Below are positions 10,385 to 22,287 of a stretch of DNA of 64,000 bases, piece by piece. This DNA is from a plasmid: the sequence record CP113993.1; one strand, written 5' to 3'. A program made the translations under genes and the position numbers. How positions within the stretch are numbered: the stretch's first letter is position 1; every line of letters begins with the position of its first letter. The notes below the pieces were generated by a model that made no database searches, had not been told where the DNA came from, and was given only the letters and a program-made list of their open reading frames with translations.

Positions 10385-11962
10385 ATGAATTCTTCCTTTG
10401 AATCTCTGATTGAACAGTATCCCTTACCCATTGCCGAACAGTTGCGCCACTGGGCGGCCCGTTATGCCTCGCGAATTGCCGTCGTTGATGCAAAGGGGTC
10501 GTTAACCTACAGCGCGCTTGATGCACGGGTCGACGAACTTGCCGCAGGTCTGTCATCACTGGGTTTACGTTCGGGGGAGCATGTGATTGTGCAGCTTCCC
10601 AACGACAACGCGTTTGTTACCCTGCTGTTCGCCTTGTTAAGACTGGGCGTTATCCCCGTGCTGGCGATGCCCTCCCAACGGGCGCTGGATATCGACGCGC
10701 TGGTTGAGCTGGCGCAACCCGTCGCTTACGTTATTCACGGGGAAAACCACGCAGAGCTGGCCCGACAGATGGCGCACAAACACGCCTGCTTGCGTCATGT
10801 TCTGGTCGCTGGAGAGACCGTGAGCAACGATTTTACGCCGCTCTTCTCCCTTCACGGTGAGCAGCAGGCGTGGCCGCAGCCTGATGTTTCCGCCACCGCG
10901 TTGCTGCTACTTTCTGGCGGCACAACCGGCACGCCCAAACTCATCCCTCGCCGACACGCCGACTATAGCTATAACTTCAGCGCTTCTGCTGAACTGTGCG
11001 GCATCAGTCAACAGAGCGTATATCTCGCCGTCCTCCCGGTGGCGCATAACTTTCCGCTGGCCTGCCCCGGCATTCTGGGTACGCTTGCCTGCGGCGGAAA
11101 AGTGGTGCTGACCGACAGCGCCAGCTGTGATGAGGTGATGCCGTTAATCGCGCGGGAAGGAGTGACTCATGTCGCCCTGGTTCCGGCGCTGGCGCAATTA
11201 TGGGTACAGGCCAGGGAGTGGGAAGACAGCGACCTCTCGTCGCTGCGCGTCATTCAGGCAGGCGGCGCCCGGCTCGACCCGGCGCTTGCTGAGCAGGCTA
11301 TCGCCACCTTTGACTGTACCCTGCAACAGGTCTTCGGTATGGCGGAAGGCCTGCTCTGCTTTACCCGGCTGGACGATCCGCATACCACTATTCTCCACAG
11401 CCAGGGGCGCCCGTTGTCCCCTCTGGATGAAATCCGCATCGTTGATCAAAACGAGAACGACGTCGCGCCGGGCGAAACAGGGCAATTGTTAACGCGCGGC
11501 CCTTATACCATTTCAGGTTATTACCGCGCCCCTGCCCACAACGCGCAGGCCTTTACCACGCAAGGGTTTTACCGCACAGGCGACAATGTCAGGCTGGATG
11601 AGGCGGGGAACCTGCACGTTGAGGGGCGCATAAAAGAGCAGATCAACCGCGCCGGAGAAAAAATAGCCGCGGCTGAAGTGGAGTCGGCACTGATGCGTTT
11701 AGCGGAAGTGCAAGATTGCGCGGTGGTCGCCGCGCCGGACACGCTGCTTGGTGAGCGGATTTGCGCGTTTATCATCGCGCAGCAGGTGCCAACTGACTAT
11801 CAGCAGTTGCGTCAACAACTGACCCGTATGGGGCTCAGCGCGTGGAAAATTCCTGACCAAATCGAGTTTCTGGCCCACTGGCCACTCACCGCCGTCGGCA
11901 AGATAGACAAAAAACGCCTGACGGCTCTCGCCATCGACCGTTATCGCCATTCTGCCCAATAA
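10385..11962 (+). CDS. ybtE: Salicyl-AMP ligase YbtE (Irp5), 525 aa
   Basis: Adenylate-forming enzyme motifs (SGGTTGTPK, YRTGD). Position and length match YbtE. Confidence 0.94.
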   Translation: MNSSFESLIEQYPLPIAEQLRHWAARYASRIAVVDAKGSLTYSALDARVDELAAGLSSLGLRSGEHVIVQLPNDNAFVTLLFALLRLGVIPVLAMPSQRALDIDALVELAQPVAYVIHGENHAELARQMAHKHACLRHVLVAGETVSNDFTPLFSLHGEQQAWPQPDVSATALLLLSGGTTGTPKLIPRRHADYSYNFSASAELCGISQQSVYLAVLPVAHNFPLACPGILGTLACGGKVVLTDSASCDEVMPLIAREGVTHVALVPALAQLWVQAREWEDSDLSSLRVIQAGGARLDPALAEQAIATFDCTLQQVFGMAEGLLCFTRLDDPHTTILHSQGRPLSPLDEIRIVDQNENDVAPGETGQLLTRGPYTISGYYRAPAHNAQAFTTQGFYRTGDNVRLDEAGNLHVEGRIKEQINRAGEKIAAAEVESALMRLAEVQDCAVVAAPDTLLGERICAFIIAQQVPTDYQQLRQQLTRMGLSAWKIPDQIEFLAHWPLTAVGKIDKKRLTALAIDRYRHSAQ

Positions 11963-12019
11963 GCGCAAACCGACCCGAAACAGGTTGAAATAAACCCGTT
12001 TCGGGTAGCACCACCATTA

Positions 12020-12038
12020 GAAATAGTTATCATTTTCA
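12020..12038 (+). promoter_or_regulatory. Fur-box-like site (GAAATAGTTATCATTTTCA) in the fyuA promoter region
   Basis: Close match to the Fur consensus GATAATGATAATCATTATC, 55 bp upstream of the fyuA start. Preceded by the inverted repeat cccgaaac...gtttcggg (about 11973-12006), which lies 3' of ybtE and may be a terminator or a YbtA site. Confidence 0.6.
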
Positions 12039-12092
12039 ATTCACCATTGTCGGTATTTTTGGCGTTTCGCCGTCTTACAGGGACTCACAACA

Positions 12093-14114
12093 ATGAAAAT
12101 GACACGGCTTTATCCTCTGGCCTTGGGGGGATTATTGCTCCCCGCCATTGCTAATGCCCAGACTTCACAGCAAGACGAAAGCACGCTGGTGGTTACCGCC
12201 AGTAAACAATCTTCCCGCTCGGCATCAGCCAACAATGTCTCGTTTACCGTTGTCAGCGCGCCGGAGTTAAGCGACGCCGGCGTTACCGCCAGCGACAAAC
12301 TCCCCAAAGTCTTGCCTGGGCTCAATATTGAAAATAGCGGCAACATGCTTTTTTCGACAATCTCGCTACGCGGCGTCTCTTCGGCGCAGGACTTCTATAA
12401 CCCCGCCGTCACCCTGTATGTCGATGGCGTCCCTCAGCTTTCTACCAACACCATCCAGGCGCTTACCGATGTGCAAAGCGTGGAGTTGCTGCGTGGCCCA
12501 CAGGGAACGTTATATGGCAAAAGCGCTCAGGGCGGGATCATCAACATCGTCACCCGGCAGCCGGACAACACGCCGCGCGGCTATATTGAAGGCGGCGTCA
12601 GCAGCCGCGACAGTTATCGAAGTAAACTCAACCTGAGCGGCCCCATTCAGGATGGCCTGCTGTACGGCAGCGTCACCCTGTTACGCCAGGTTGATGACGG
12701 CGACATGATTAACCCCGCGACAGGAAGCGATGATTTAGGCGGCACCCGCGCCAGCATAGGGAATGTGAAACTGCGTCTGGCGCCGGACGATCAGCCCTGG
12801 GAAATAGGCTTTGCCGCCTCACGCGAATGTACCCGTGCCACCCAGGACGCCTATGTGGGATGGAATGATATTAAGGGCCGTAAGCTGTCGATCAGCGATG
12901 GTTTACCAGACCCGTACATGCGGCGCTGCACTGACAGTCAGACCCTGAGTGGGAAATACACCACCGACGACTGGGTTTTCAACCTGATCAGCGCCTGGCA
13001 GCAGCAGCATTATTCGCGCACCTTCCCTTCCGGTTCGTTAATCGTCAATATGCCTCAGCGCTGGAATCAGGATGTCCAGGAGCTGCGCGCCGCAACCCTG
13101 GGCGATGCGCGTACCGTTGATATGGTGTTTGGCCTCTATCGCCAGAACACGCGCGAGCAAATGCAGGCAACTTACGACATGCCTACCATGCGTTATCTGA
13201 CCAGCGCCGGCTATACCACCGCTGAAACGCTGGCCGCATACAGTGACCTGACCTGGCATTTAACCGATCGTTTTGATATCGGCGGCGGCGTGCGCTTCTC
13301 GCATGATAAATCCAGTACACAATATCACGGCAGCATGCGCGGCAATCCGTTTGGCGACCAGGGTAAGAGCAATGACGATCAGGTGCTCGGACAGCTATCC
13401 GCAGGCTATATGCTGACCGACGACTGGAGAGTGTATACCCGTGTGGCCCAGGGATATAAACCTTCCGGGTACAACATCGTGCCTACTGCGGGTCTTGATG
13501 CCAAACCGTTCGTCGCCGAGAAATCCATCAACTATGAACTTGGCACTCGCTACGAAACCGCTGACGTCACGCTGCAAGCCGCGACGTTTTATACCCACAC
13601 CAAAGACATGCAGCTCTACTCTGGTCCGGTCGGGATGCAGACATTAAGCAATGCGGGTAAAGCCGACGCCACCGGCGTTGAGCTTGAAGCGAAATGGCGG
13701 TTTGCGCCAGGCTGGTCATGGGATATCAATGGCAACGTGATCCGTTCCGAATTCACCAATGACAGTGAGTTGTATCACGGCAACCGGGTGCCGTTCGTAC
13801 CTCGTTATGGCGCGGGAAGCAGCGTGAACGGCGTGATTGATACGCGCTATGGCGCACTGATGCCCCGACTGGCGGTTAATCTGGTCGGGCCGCATTATTT
13901 CGATGGCGACAACCAGTTACGGCAAGGCACCTATGCCACCCTGGACAGCAGCCTGGGCTGGCAGGCGACTGAACGGATGAACATTTCCGTCTATGTCGAT
14001 AACCTGTTCGACCGTCGTTACCGTACCTATGGCTACATGAACGGCAGCAGCGCCGTCGCGCAGGTCAATATGGGGCGCACCGTCGGTATCAATACGCGAA
14101 TTGATTTCTTCTGA
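12093..14114 (+). CDS. fyuA: TonB-dependent yersiniabactin/pesticin outer-membrane receptor FyuA/Psn, 673 aa
   Basis: Signal peptide MKMTRLYPLALGGLLLPAIANA, TonB box, and a C-terminal beta-barrel ending in F. The 673-aa length matches FyuA. Confidence 0.95.
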   Translation: MKMTRLYPLALGGLLLPAIANAQTSQQDESTLVVTASKQSSRSASANNVSFTVVSAPELSDAGVTASDKLPKVLPGLNIENSGNMLFSTISLRGVSSAQDFYNPAVTLYVDGVPQLSTNTIQALTDVQSVELLRGPQGTLYGKSAQGGIINIVTRQPDNTPRGYIEGGVSSRDSYRSKLNLSGPIQDGLLYGSVTLLRQVDDGDMINPATGSDDLGGTRASIGNVKLRLAPDDQPWEIGFAASRECTRATQDAYVGWNDIKGRKLSISDGLPDPYMRRCTDSQTLSGKYTTDDWVFNLISAWQQQHYSRTFPSGSLIVNMPQRWNQDVQELRAATLGDARTVDMVFGLYRQNTREQMQATYDMPTMRYLTSAGYTTAETLAAYSDLTWHLTDRFDIGGGVRFSHDKSSTQYHGSMRGNPFGDQGKSNDDQVLGQLSAGYMLTDDWRVYTRVAQGYKPSGYNIVPTAGLDAKPFVAEKSINYELGTRYETADVTLQAATFYTHTKDMQLYSGPVGMQTLSNAGKADATGVELEAKWRFAPGWSWDINGNVIRSEFTNDSELYHGNRVPFVPRYGAGSSVNGVIDTRYGALMPRLAVNLVGPHYFDGDNQLRQGTYATLDSSLGWQATERMNISVYVDNLFDRRYRTYGYMNGSSAVAQVNMGRTVGINTRIDFF

Positions 14115-14401
14115 CTCTTTAATAAATATCCTCCGTTGATGCCTGAGAATATTTATTTCCAGACCCGGGCCCCCATAAAGGACTCTGAAGTGTCTGTTAA
14201 CCCCGTGGTGATTCACTTCTGGCTTTTCTGCCTTATATCCCCGCCCGCACTGGGCGAGGGTTTACGGCGGTTTTTGCTAAAAGCCGGTTTAGCTGGTGGC
14301 ATTCGCCAGATATCAGACCTGCTATTCAATAAATTCCGGCCTAACGTGTACCATTCCGGATATGGTTCTGGATCCCCCGTGGAAAGCTCTACGGAAGTGA
14401 G

Positions 14402-14449
14402 GCAGGCCACAGGTGGAAAAATTCCGTAATTTATTCACCTGTGGCCTGC
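14402..14449. terminator. Perfect 14-bp inverted repeat (gcaggccacaggtg / cacctgtggcctgc) immediately 3' of the amidase stop codon
   Basis: Stem-loop directly abuts the TAA stop of the minus-strand amidase. It lies between the convergent fyuA and amidase genes. Confidence 0.55.
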
Positions 14450-15238
14450 TTAAATTGCAGGAATATAATTACTTCCCGGGAAATATTTATCCACTAACGC
14501 ATAAAGAATTGCCGTTGTTTCAGCGTCAACGACACCATCATAATTCTTTTGTCGGAAGTGAAGCTGAAATGTACGGATTAAATTCTTGTATCCGATTTCT
14601 GTTCCAGCATCTGAGATGTCGTATCCGTACGCTTTTAACTTAGCAACAATATCTGCTTTAGATGGTAAAGACTTGCTGAACTGCGTCAGATAGTGTTGCA
14701 TGATCGATTCCTCATACCATGCACCGATACCAGCGTCGTAAAGTTCTTTCCACGGGAAAGCCGCTCCAGGATCACTTTTTCTTCCCGGGGCAATATCGCT
14801 GTGTCCGACAACATTCACAGGCGTAATATCAGGATATCGTTGCAGAATATTGGCGGCCAGCTCCTTGATTGCATCAATCTGGACCGGGTTATAGGGAGGA
14901 AAGACAAACACGCCGTTGTTATCACAGGCCAGGTTAACCGTCTCAATCCCAATGGCAGTATCATTCAGGTTGCTGCGTCCGGCCCATGAACTTACTCCAG
15001 CATGCCAGGCTCGCTCATTTTCATCAACCAGGTTGAATATACGCATATCCTTAAAACCTGCATCAATATACGTTTTTTCTGATGGATCAGGAATAAGATA
15101 GTGAGCGCTTACCGAAGGCCCGGTCAAAGCGGTAATTGACGCCTTAAAATCAAGAGCAGTATAGTGCATAACAAGGAAGCGAACACGATGATTGAAACCT
15201 TTTATCGCGCGATAGCTATTATAATCAACAGTATACAT
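14450..15238 (-). CDS. N-acetylmuramoyl-L-alanine amidase (Amidase_2 / PGRP fold) with a C-terminal peptidoglycan-binding domain; AmiD-like or endolysin-like
   Basis: MHYTA...AHYLIP...AWHAG...GHSDIAPGRKSDPG is typical of AmpD/AmiD/T7-lysozyme-type zinc amidases. The C-terminal LKAYGYDISDAGTEIGYKNLIRTFQLHFRQKNYDGVVDAETTAILYAL matches the PG_binding_1 pattern. No obvious signal peptide. Confidence 0.8.
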   Translation of the reverse strand: MYTVDYNSYRAIKGFNHRVRFLVMHYTALDFKASITALTGPSVSAHYLIPDPSEKTYIDAGFKDMRIFNLVDENERAWHAGVSSWAGRSNLNDTAIGIETVNLACDNNGVFVFPPYNPVQIDAIKELAANILQRYPDITPVNVVGHSDIAPGRKSDPGAAFPWKELYDAGIGAWYEESIMQHYLTQFSKSLPSKADIVAKLKAYGYDISDAGTEIGYKNLIRTFQLHFRQKNYDGVVDAETTAILYALVDKYFPGSNYIPAI

Positions 15239-15736
15239 TGAAACCTCCTTATGTTGTTAAACTATCAATACCGGGATGTATGACAACAAGATGTATACAA
15301 AGAAGAGACACGCGTAGCTCTGAAAATTTTTGTTGAAGTGATTCATAATTGTTGTTCAGGTGAAAATCACTGCGCATCTACGGTTACAGTTGACCACCCT
15401 GCCCGTTACTGTTTTACCTTAAGATTTTCATTTTCAATTATTGTAGTTTTGTGAAAATGACAGTATCAGTTCTTCAATCATGGCATACAGATCGAGTTCT
15501 TTTTCAGAATAAAAATGCCATCAGGCTATGGGAGACATTCGCCTGAGTGGGGGCAGCCTCCTGGTATTAACAGTTTCGGAAACCACGACAGCAAGGTGAA
15601 GTGACTAATAATGCTGAGCAGTCGCCCACACTGATTTCTAATTTCCGGCTCAATATGGATCTGGCCTGTCAGCTCTTTTTTCCATCAACAACGCAGGGGA
15701 TTATCGTTAACCGACATCCCCTGATAACTTTAGTTA

Positions 15737-15994
15737 TTAGAATGAAGGACCATGCCATTCCGTCATAGGTTGATTCCAGTTTGGTTTTGGAATTAATGGC
15801 TCACTGATATTGTGTGCTTTAGGGTCGAGTTTACTTGGGTCTTTACCATTATTATGACCACAGGCAGGGACGCCCAAAATAGAGTCTATTGCACATCCTG
15901 CTTTTGCTCCTAGCTCTCCACTTGTATAGCCACCATAGTCACCGAATCCCGCACCACTGACATTAATAATTTCATTTTCAGATAATGATTTCAT
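15737..15994 (-). CDS. Class-II-microcin-like precursor with a double-glycine-type leader (85 aa; predicted 70-aa Gly-rich mature peptide with 2 Cys)
   Basis: Leader MKSLSENEIINVSGA fits the consensus L(-12), E(-8), I(-7), V(-4), G(-2), A(-1). Mature part GFGDYGGYTSGELGAKAGCAIDSILGVPACG... is Gly-rich with a Cys-x10-Cys pair. Confidence 0.65.
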   Translation of the reverse strand: MKSLSENEIINVSGAGFGDYGGYTSGELGAKAGCAIDSILGVPACGHNNGKDPSKLDPKAHNISEPLIPKPNWNQPMTEWHGPSF

Positions 15995-16439
15995 ATTCCA
16001 ATACCTTTAAGAGATGTTTTCGATCTTCATTGAAGTCCCGGCTAATATTAGCCTTTTTAAATGGGATGAAAAGCTTTATTTCATAAACAATAACACACTA
16101 AAAGTAAAAATATCTTCTGGAAGTAATTATATTCTTTTATATTCACTGTACTATTTTTAATATATGTTTATTTTTTAAAAGCAAAGCTCTAAACCACCAT
16201 AGTGGAATTTAACTAAGTAAATCTGGTAGTTAACCCCTGCTGGATAATTATCCTAATTGTTTATCATACCATCATTAAAGTAACTGTATTTTCTTTCATA
16301 ATATTACATAGTCTTACAATCAGTGCTAACATTGATAGAGAGGTTGTTAGCGGGTACCTCCAAATTTTTACGATACTTATTATACGACTGGTGTAAGGCT
16401 TATAACTGCGTCAGCCCTTCAATCATGGTGTCAGAATCA

Positions 16440-16683
16440 ACTTTTCCCGTTCCGGAAAACCAACAGATAATCCATATATTGAGTCATTTAACGGCAGTCT
16501 GCGGGATGAATGCCTGAACCTGCACTGGTTCCTGTCGCTGAAAGATGTACAGGACAAACCCGATAAGTGGCGCAGGGAATATCATCATGAGAGGACGTAT
16601 TCATCCCTGAATAACATGACTCCGGCTGAATTCATCCAAAGTCTCCGAAACCTTTCCGGAAGTAGAAAAAGAAAAATCCTGTA
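16440..16683 (+). pseudogene. Remnant of an IS3-family (IS407-group) orfB C-terminus
   Basis: Frame encodes [57 protein letters not shown]. This is nearly identical to the C-terminus of the intact orfB at 29368-30177. Confidence 0.8.
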
Positions 16684-16821
16684 AACACACAGACGGGCTG
16701 TTACGCGTATGGAAGCTTTTTTGTGCTGTCAATCTGGAAAGTTTGTTGCCAGTTGGTAATTTTCCTGACGCACTGAAAGTACAGTATTACATAACTGAAT
16801 GATATATCTGTTTTATTTTTC

Positions 16822-16836
16822 TGGCACAACAATTGC
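16822..16836 (+). promoter_or_regulatory. Sigma-54 (-24/-12) promoter TGGCAC-N5-TTGCT upstream of megL
   Basis: Exact GG-N10-GC spacing. It sits about 43 bp upstream of the megL ATG, with the RBS AGGAG in between. A sigma-54 enhancer-binding protein gene lies at the 3' end of the operon. Confidence 0.7.
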
Positions 16837-16848
16837 TACGTTTCATGA

Positions 16849-18075
<1,227 letters not shown>

Positions 18076-18188
18076 CGATGTGGCGGTGAACTGCTGTTAC
18101 CGGTTCACCACATCAGGTATCCAGACTACGCCTGGCTACAGGCGTAATACATCATCGAAAAGCTTCGCTTATTTTTGCAGGGGGCTCT

Positions 18189-19487
18189 ATGCAGGACGAC
18201 ACATTACAATTAAATAACAGTAAAGCAACGACCACACCGCTTTCAACGAGATTACCGTTTACAAAATATGATTTTGGCTGGGTGCTCTTGTGTATCGGTA
18301 TGGCGATCGGCGCCGGTACCGTATTAATGCCTGTGCAAATCGGTCTCAAGGGGATCTGGGTATTTATTACCGCTTTTATCATCGCCTATCCCGCTACCTA
18401 TATTGTGCAGGATATTTATCTAAAAACGTTGTCTGAAAGCGAAACCTGTGACGATTATACAGATATTATCAGTCACTACCTGGGCAAAAACTGGGGCGTT
18501 TTCCTCGGTGTAATCTATTTTCTTATGATTATCCACGGGGTGTTTATTTACTCCCTGTCGGTTGTGTTTGATAGCGCCTCCTATATAAAAACCTTCGGCC
18601 TTACTGAGGCCGATCTTTCGCAGTCTATTATCTATAAAGTCGCGATTTTCGCCGTGCTGGTCGCGATTGCCTCCGGCGGGGAAAAGCTATTATTTAAAAT
18701 TTCAGGCCCGATGGTAGTGGTGAAAGTCGGGATCATTCTGATATTCGGTTTTGCGATGATCCCACACTGGAACCTTGATAATATTTCCGCCTTTCCCGCC
18801 GCATCGGTTTTCTTTCGCGACGTACTGCTCACTATCCCATTCTGCTTCTTTTCTGCGGTCTTCATTCAGGTGCTAAACCCAATGAACATCGCCTATCGTA
18901 AGCGCGAGCCTGACCGTGTGCTGGCCACCCGGATGGCGATTCGCACGCACCGCATTAGCTATATTACGCTGATTGCCATTATTCTCTTTTTCTCGTTCTC
19001 GTTTACCTTTTCGATTAGCCATGAAGAAGCGGTATCAGCGTTCGAGCAGAATATTTCCGCCCTTGCGCTGGCAGCTCAGGTGATTCCTGGCCAGATAATC
19101 CACATTACCTCTACCATTCTCAATATTTTTGCCGTACTTACCGCGTTCTTTGGTATTTATTTAGGATTTCACGAAGCGCTTAAAGGTATTGTACTGAATG
19201 TATTGAGTCGTATTATGGATGTCAAAAACGTCAACTCACTGCTACTGACATCTGGAATCTGTGTCTTTATCGTGGTTACTCTGGTCATTTGGGTTTCGTT
19301 TCGCGTCTCTGTGCTGGTCTTTTTCCAGTTAGGCAGTCCGCTTTATGGCATTGTCGCGTGTATTATTCCCTTTTTCCTGATTTATAAAGTAACGCAACTG
19401 GAAAAATTACGTGGCCTGAAAACCTGGTTAATACTGCTGTACGGGATTCTGCTGTGCCTCTCACCGTTATTAAAACTGATTGAATAA
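18189..19487 (+). CDS. Amino-acid permease of the HAAAP (SdaC/TdcC/Mtr-like) family, probable methionine importer paired with MegL
   Basis: 432 aa and polytopic. N-terminal [18 protein letters not shown] parallels the SdaC motif WMLGLYGTAIGAGVLFLP. Co-directional, 113 bp after megL. Confidence 0.75.
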   Translation: MQDDTLQLNNSKATTTPLSTRLPFTKYDFGWVLLCIGMAIGAGTVLMPVQIGLKGIWVFITAFIIAYPATYIVQDIYLKTLSESETCDDYTDIISHYLGKNWGVFLGVIYFLMIIHGVFIYSLSVVFDSASYIKTFGLTEADLSQSIIYKVAIFAVLVAIASGGEKLLFKISGPMVVVKVGIILIFGFAMIPHWNLDNISAFPAASVFFRDVLLTIPFCFFSAVFIQVLNPMNIAYRKREPDRVLATRMAIRTHRISYITLIAIILFFSFSFTFSISHEEAVSAFEQNISALALAAQVIPGQIIHITSTILNIFAVLTAFFGIYLGFHEALKGIVLNVLSRIMDVKNVNSLLLTSGICVFIVVTLVIWVSFRVSVLVFFQLGSPLYGIVACIIPFFLIYKVTQLEKLRGLKTWLILLYGILLCLSPLLKLIE

Positions 19488-19515
19488 CCACGGTGTACGC
19501 CGAAACCTATGGCTT

Positions 19516-20730
19516 TCAACACGATGTCATAATCTTATAGCGCCGTATTTTATTCAGAACAGTGGTATGTGATACACCTAGCGCTTTAGCAATACGGCGC
19601 GATGATATTTTATCCTCCACCATCTGCTTGATCATTCGCCGCTCAGCATATTGAGCCAGTTCTCTAAAAGGATACCCGGCATTGTCCTGAATAACCGGGA
19701 ATGTCTCAGCGGCTGGTATCAGCAGCCCCAACTCATCCGCCGTAATTACATCGCTTTCGGACATCAGCATAAGACGAATGATCATATTTTCCAGCTCACG
19801 GACGTTTCCCGGCCAGGAATAGTAGTACAATATCTCAAAACATATTTTATCCAAAATCAAACGTCGATTAAATTCTTTTGCATATTTTTGGATAAAATAG
19901 CGGATCAACAACGTAACATCTTGTGGTCGTTCCCGCAATGGTGGAATCATCAGAGTAAGCACATTAATACGATAATAGAGATCGGCGCGAAGCAGGCGTT
20001 GTTCAAGCAGCTCTTCCAGGCTGGCGTTTGTCGCTACAATAATCCGTGTATTAACAGGGATAATCTGCGAACCTCCAACCCGGCGAATGCCGTCATCCTG
20101 CAAGACACGTAATAACTTAGCCTGAACATTCAGTGGTATTTCGCCAAATTCATCAAGAAACAGAGTGCCGTTATCTGCCATCTCAAATAAGCCTTTTTTT
20201 CCTTTACCATCCGCGCCGCTGAATGTGCCTTTTTCATAGCCAAAGAGCTCACTCTCTATAAGCGATTCCGGTAACGCTGAACAGTTTACCGGAATAAAAG
20301 GATATAATCGTCGAGCTCCGGCATTATGGATGGCACGTGCCAACAGCTCTTTTCCTGTCCCGGTTTCGCCGCGGATTAGCACCGTATATTTACTGTCTGC
20401 AATCTTTACCGCTTTTTCTGTGAGCGATTGCATACTTCGGCTGCTGTAGACGATATCAGAAAATGAACGTGACTCCGTGAATGCCGGGGGCGACATATTA
20501 CTCATGTCTTCAGTTAGATAAAAAACATCAGAAATATCCGCATGACGATGTAATTTCAGATACACAGAAGATATATCATGTAAATGTTGACACCATGATT
20601 TAATCAAAACTCGCCCCGTCGCCACTTTCATTGAGATGATATTCATATTACATTCTGAGAATTCCTTCAGAACATCCTCAACCATTGATATTCGATCAAT
20701 TGTTTTAATATCCCAGCGTATAGTGGCCAC
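19516..20730 (-). CDS. Sigma-54-dependent transcriptional activator (ACT-like N-terminus, AAA+ sigma-54 interaction domain, C-terminal HTH)
   Basis: GETGTGKE Walker A and [15 protein letters not shown] (GAFTGA-like). C-terminal [24 protein letters not shown]. Convergent with the permease. Confidence 0.85.
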   Translation of the reverse strand: MATIRWDIKTIDRISMVEDVLKEFSECNMNIISMKVATGRVLIKSWCQHLHDISSVYLKLHRHADISDVFYLTEDMSNMSPPAFTESRSFSDIVYSSRSMQSLTEKAVKIADSKYTVLIRGETGTGKELLARAIHNAGARRLYPFIPVNCSALPESLIESELFGYEKGTFSGADGKGKKGLFEMADNGTLFLDEFGEIPLNVQAKLLRVLQDDGIRRVGGSQIIPVNTRIIVATNASLEELLEQRLLRADLYYRINVLTLMIPPLRERPQDVTLLIRYFIQKYAKEFNRRLILDKICFEILYYYSWPGNVRELENMIIRLMLMSESDVITADELGLLIPAAETFPVIQDNAGYPFRELAQYAERRMIKQMVEDKISSRRIAKALGVSHTTVLNKIRRYKIMTSC

Positions 20731-21099
20731 ATCTGCTCCATTATGTTCGACAACTGTGAGATGGATAATTTTGTGACATTTACGTTACAGCATACATTAT
20801 AATCAGGATGGCCGAATATTCTGCTGCCAGCTTCACACTGTGCAATAAAAATGGAAATGTGCCAGTGAAGAACTGCATTACAGATCAAGGGGACACAATC
20901 ATACGTCTGAGCTAAAAACTCAGCCTGATCTATGGTCTGGCAGAGCCGGTATTTATATGTACGCATGTACGCGTCATATTTCACATGATAGTGAATTAAT
21001 ACCAGCCTAACACTGTCTCACCGGTCTAACCCAATGATTTCCTGAAAAATTCTGCCAATCGGCTTATTGAACGGAACAGGGTACAGTTTAACGCTGACT

Positions 21100-21775
21100 T
21101 ATTATGCCCAGTACGGTGTTTTATCCCTACATGAACACCACTTCCTATGGAGGTGGTCAGCAATAAGTTGGCTCTGCCAATAATGCTACTCATGGGAAAA
21201 TCCGAATCTGTTATCCCCATAACTGATAAGGATTTAACCATGAGTAGATTCCAGAAAGCATCTCATGTGCTCTGGTGTTGTCAATATCATATTGTATGGA
21301 CACCCAGGTACCGATTTCGCATCCTTAGGAACAATGTTGGCAAAGAGGTCTACAAGCAGATAAGGATCTCAAGTGAGCAGCCAGGGATAGAAGTGGTAGA
21401 GCTGAATGTTCAGATAGATCATGTCCATTTACTGGTAAAAGTCCCGCCACGCCTTTCTATTTCACATGTGATCGGTCATTCGAAAGGTAAAACAGCCCTT
21501 AGGCTGTTCAGCAAATTTCCCTACCTGCGGAAGAACAAGTTGTGGGGAAATCACTTTTGGGCACGGGTTACTGCGTAGATACCGTAGGTATAAATGAAGA
21601 AATGATAAGAAAGTATGTGAAGTATCAGGAAAAGCATGAAGTTGAAGATAGCCAGCTTCCACTAAAAGAGGTGTGAAGGGAAGGCTCTCAGAGTCTGGAC
21701 TTAGTACGCCCCTATGGGGCGCTATCAATGCCACCTGCTATGCAGGTGGTTTTTTACCCGTATAGATTTTAACGT
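21100..21775 (+). mobile_element. IS200/IS605-family element (tnpA-only) with end hairpins
   Basis: Y1 transposase ORF present. 3' hairpin gccacctgc-tat-gcaggtggttttt at about 21731-21755. Similar imperfect hairpin (accacttcc tat ggaggtggt) near 21135-21158. Confidence 0.7.
21240..21690 (+). pseudogene. tnpA: IS200-family Y1 transposase TnpA, interrupted by a 1-nt frameshift near 21575
   Basis: HIVWTPRYR and HVHLLV (HuH) motifs. The listed ORF stops at ARVTA*, but the +2 frame continues GYCVDTVGINEEMIRKYVKYQEKHEVEDSQLPLKEV. Confidence 0.75.
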
Positions 21776-21836
21776 CAATTTACGCACGTATCAGTATTAT
21801 AAAAGTTATAGGTAACGGCTTTTATTGCTCTGTTAC

Positions 21837-21875
21837 GGGTCAGTTTGGATATCGAAAATTATTGTACGTCAAGGC
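21837..21875. repeat. Solo copy of the IS285-like terminal inverted repeat (gggtcagtttggatatcgaaaattattgtacgtcaaggc)
   Basis: Reverse-complement match (37 of 39) to 26879-26917, the outer end of the IS256-family element. With that copy it brackets the resolvase fragment and the aph(6)-like gene. Confidence 0.75.
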
Positions 21876-21965
21876 TATTTTTTGACCTTTCGACTTTAGC
21901 TGGTCTCAGCCGACGAAACTTACCGGAAGCCGGTATCCGGTTGCTTTTCCATATATAATCGCCTG

Positions 21966-22270
21966 TCAGATAAAGACCCCTCGCAGGCTGCCCCAATCAC
22001 CCGCGCCGTGATAACCGCCATCAATAACATGCTTATCGACCTGATGGCTGCGATGTCGCATAAAGACTGGCTGAGCCGCCGCCAGCGGCAGAAACAGGGA
22101 ATTGAACGGGCCCATACGCTGGGGAAATACCGGGAAAAACAGGCCGATCATGAACGGAATCAGAAAGTCCTGTACTACCGCCAGGTAAAAAAACTAAGTA
22201 TCAGAGAAACAGCGGAAGCTACAGGTATAGCCCATCCCAGATATTCCGTATACAGTCCCTTTACCGACAA
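21966..22270 (+). pseudogene. Serine-recombinase (resolvase/invertase) fragment lacking the catalytic N-terminus
   Basis: MLIDLMAAMSHKDWLSRRQRQKQGIERAHTLGKY aligns with the resolvase core MxxxLAAFAEFERxLIxERTxAGLxxARxxG. The N-terminus is absent and the C-terminus has decayed. Confidence 0.55.
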
Positions 22271-22287
22271 GGTTATAAGGAAGCAAC

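Noticed and set aside
15694-15723. Hairpin caggggat...atcccctg 3' of the 15.7-kb peptide gene as a rho-independent terminator
   Set aside because: The stem is good but it is followed by cgttgttgatgg rather than a U-run in the transcript sense, so it is not called. It may still be a processing or stability element.
20667-21100. 105-aa minus-strand ORF (20667-20984) upstream of the sigma-54 activator gene
   Set aside because: It overlaps the activator's own N-terminal codons and promoter region, has no motif, and is AT-rich. Considered non-coding.
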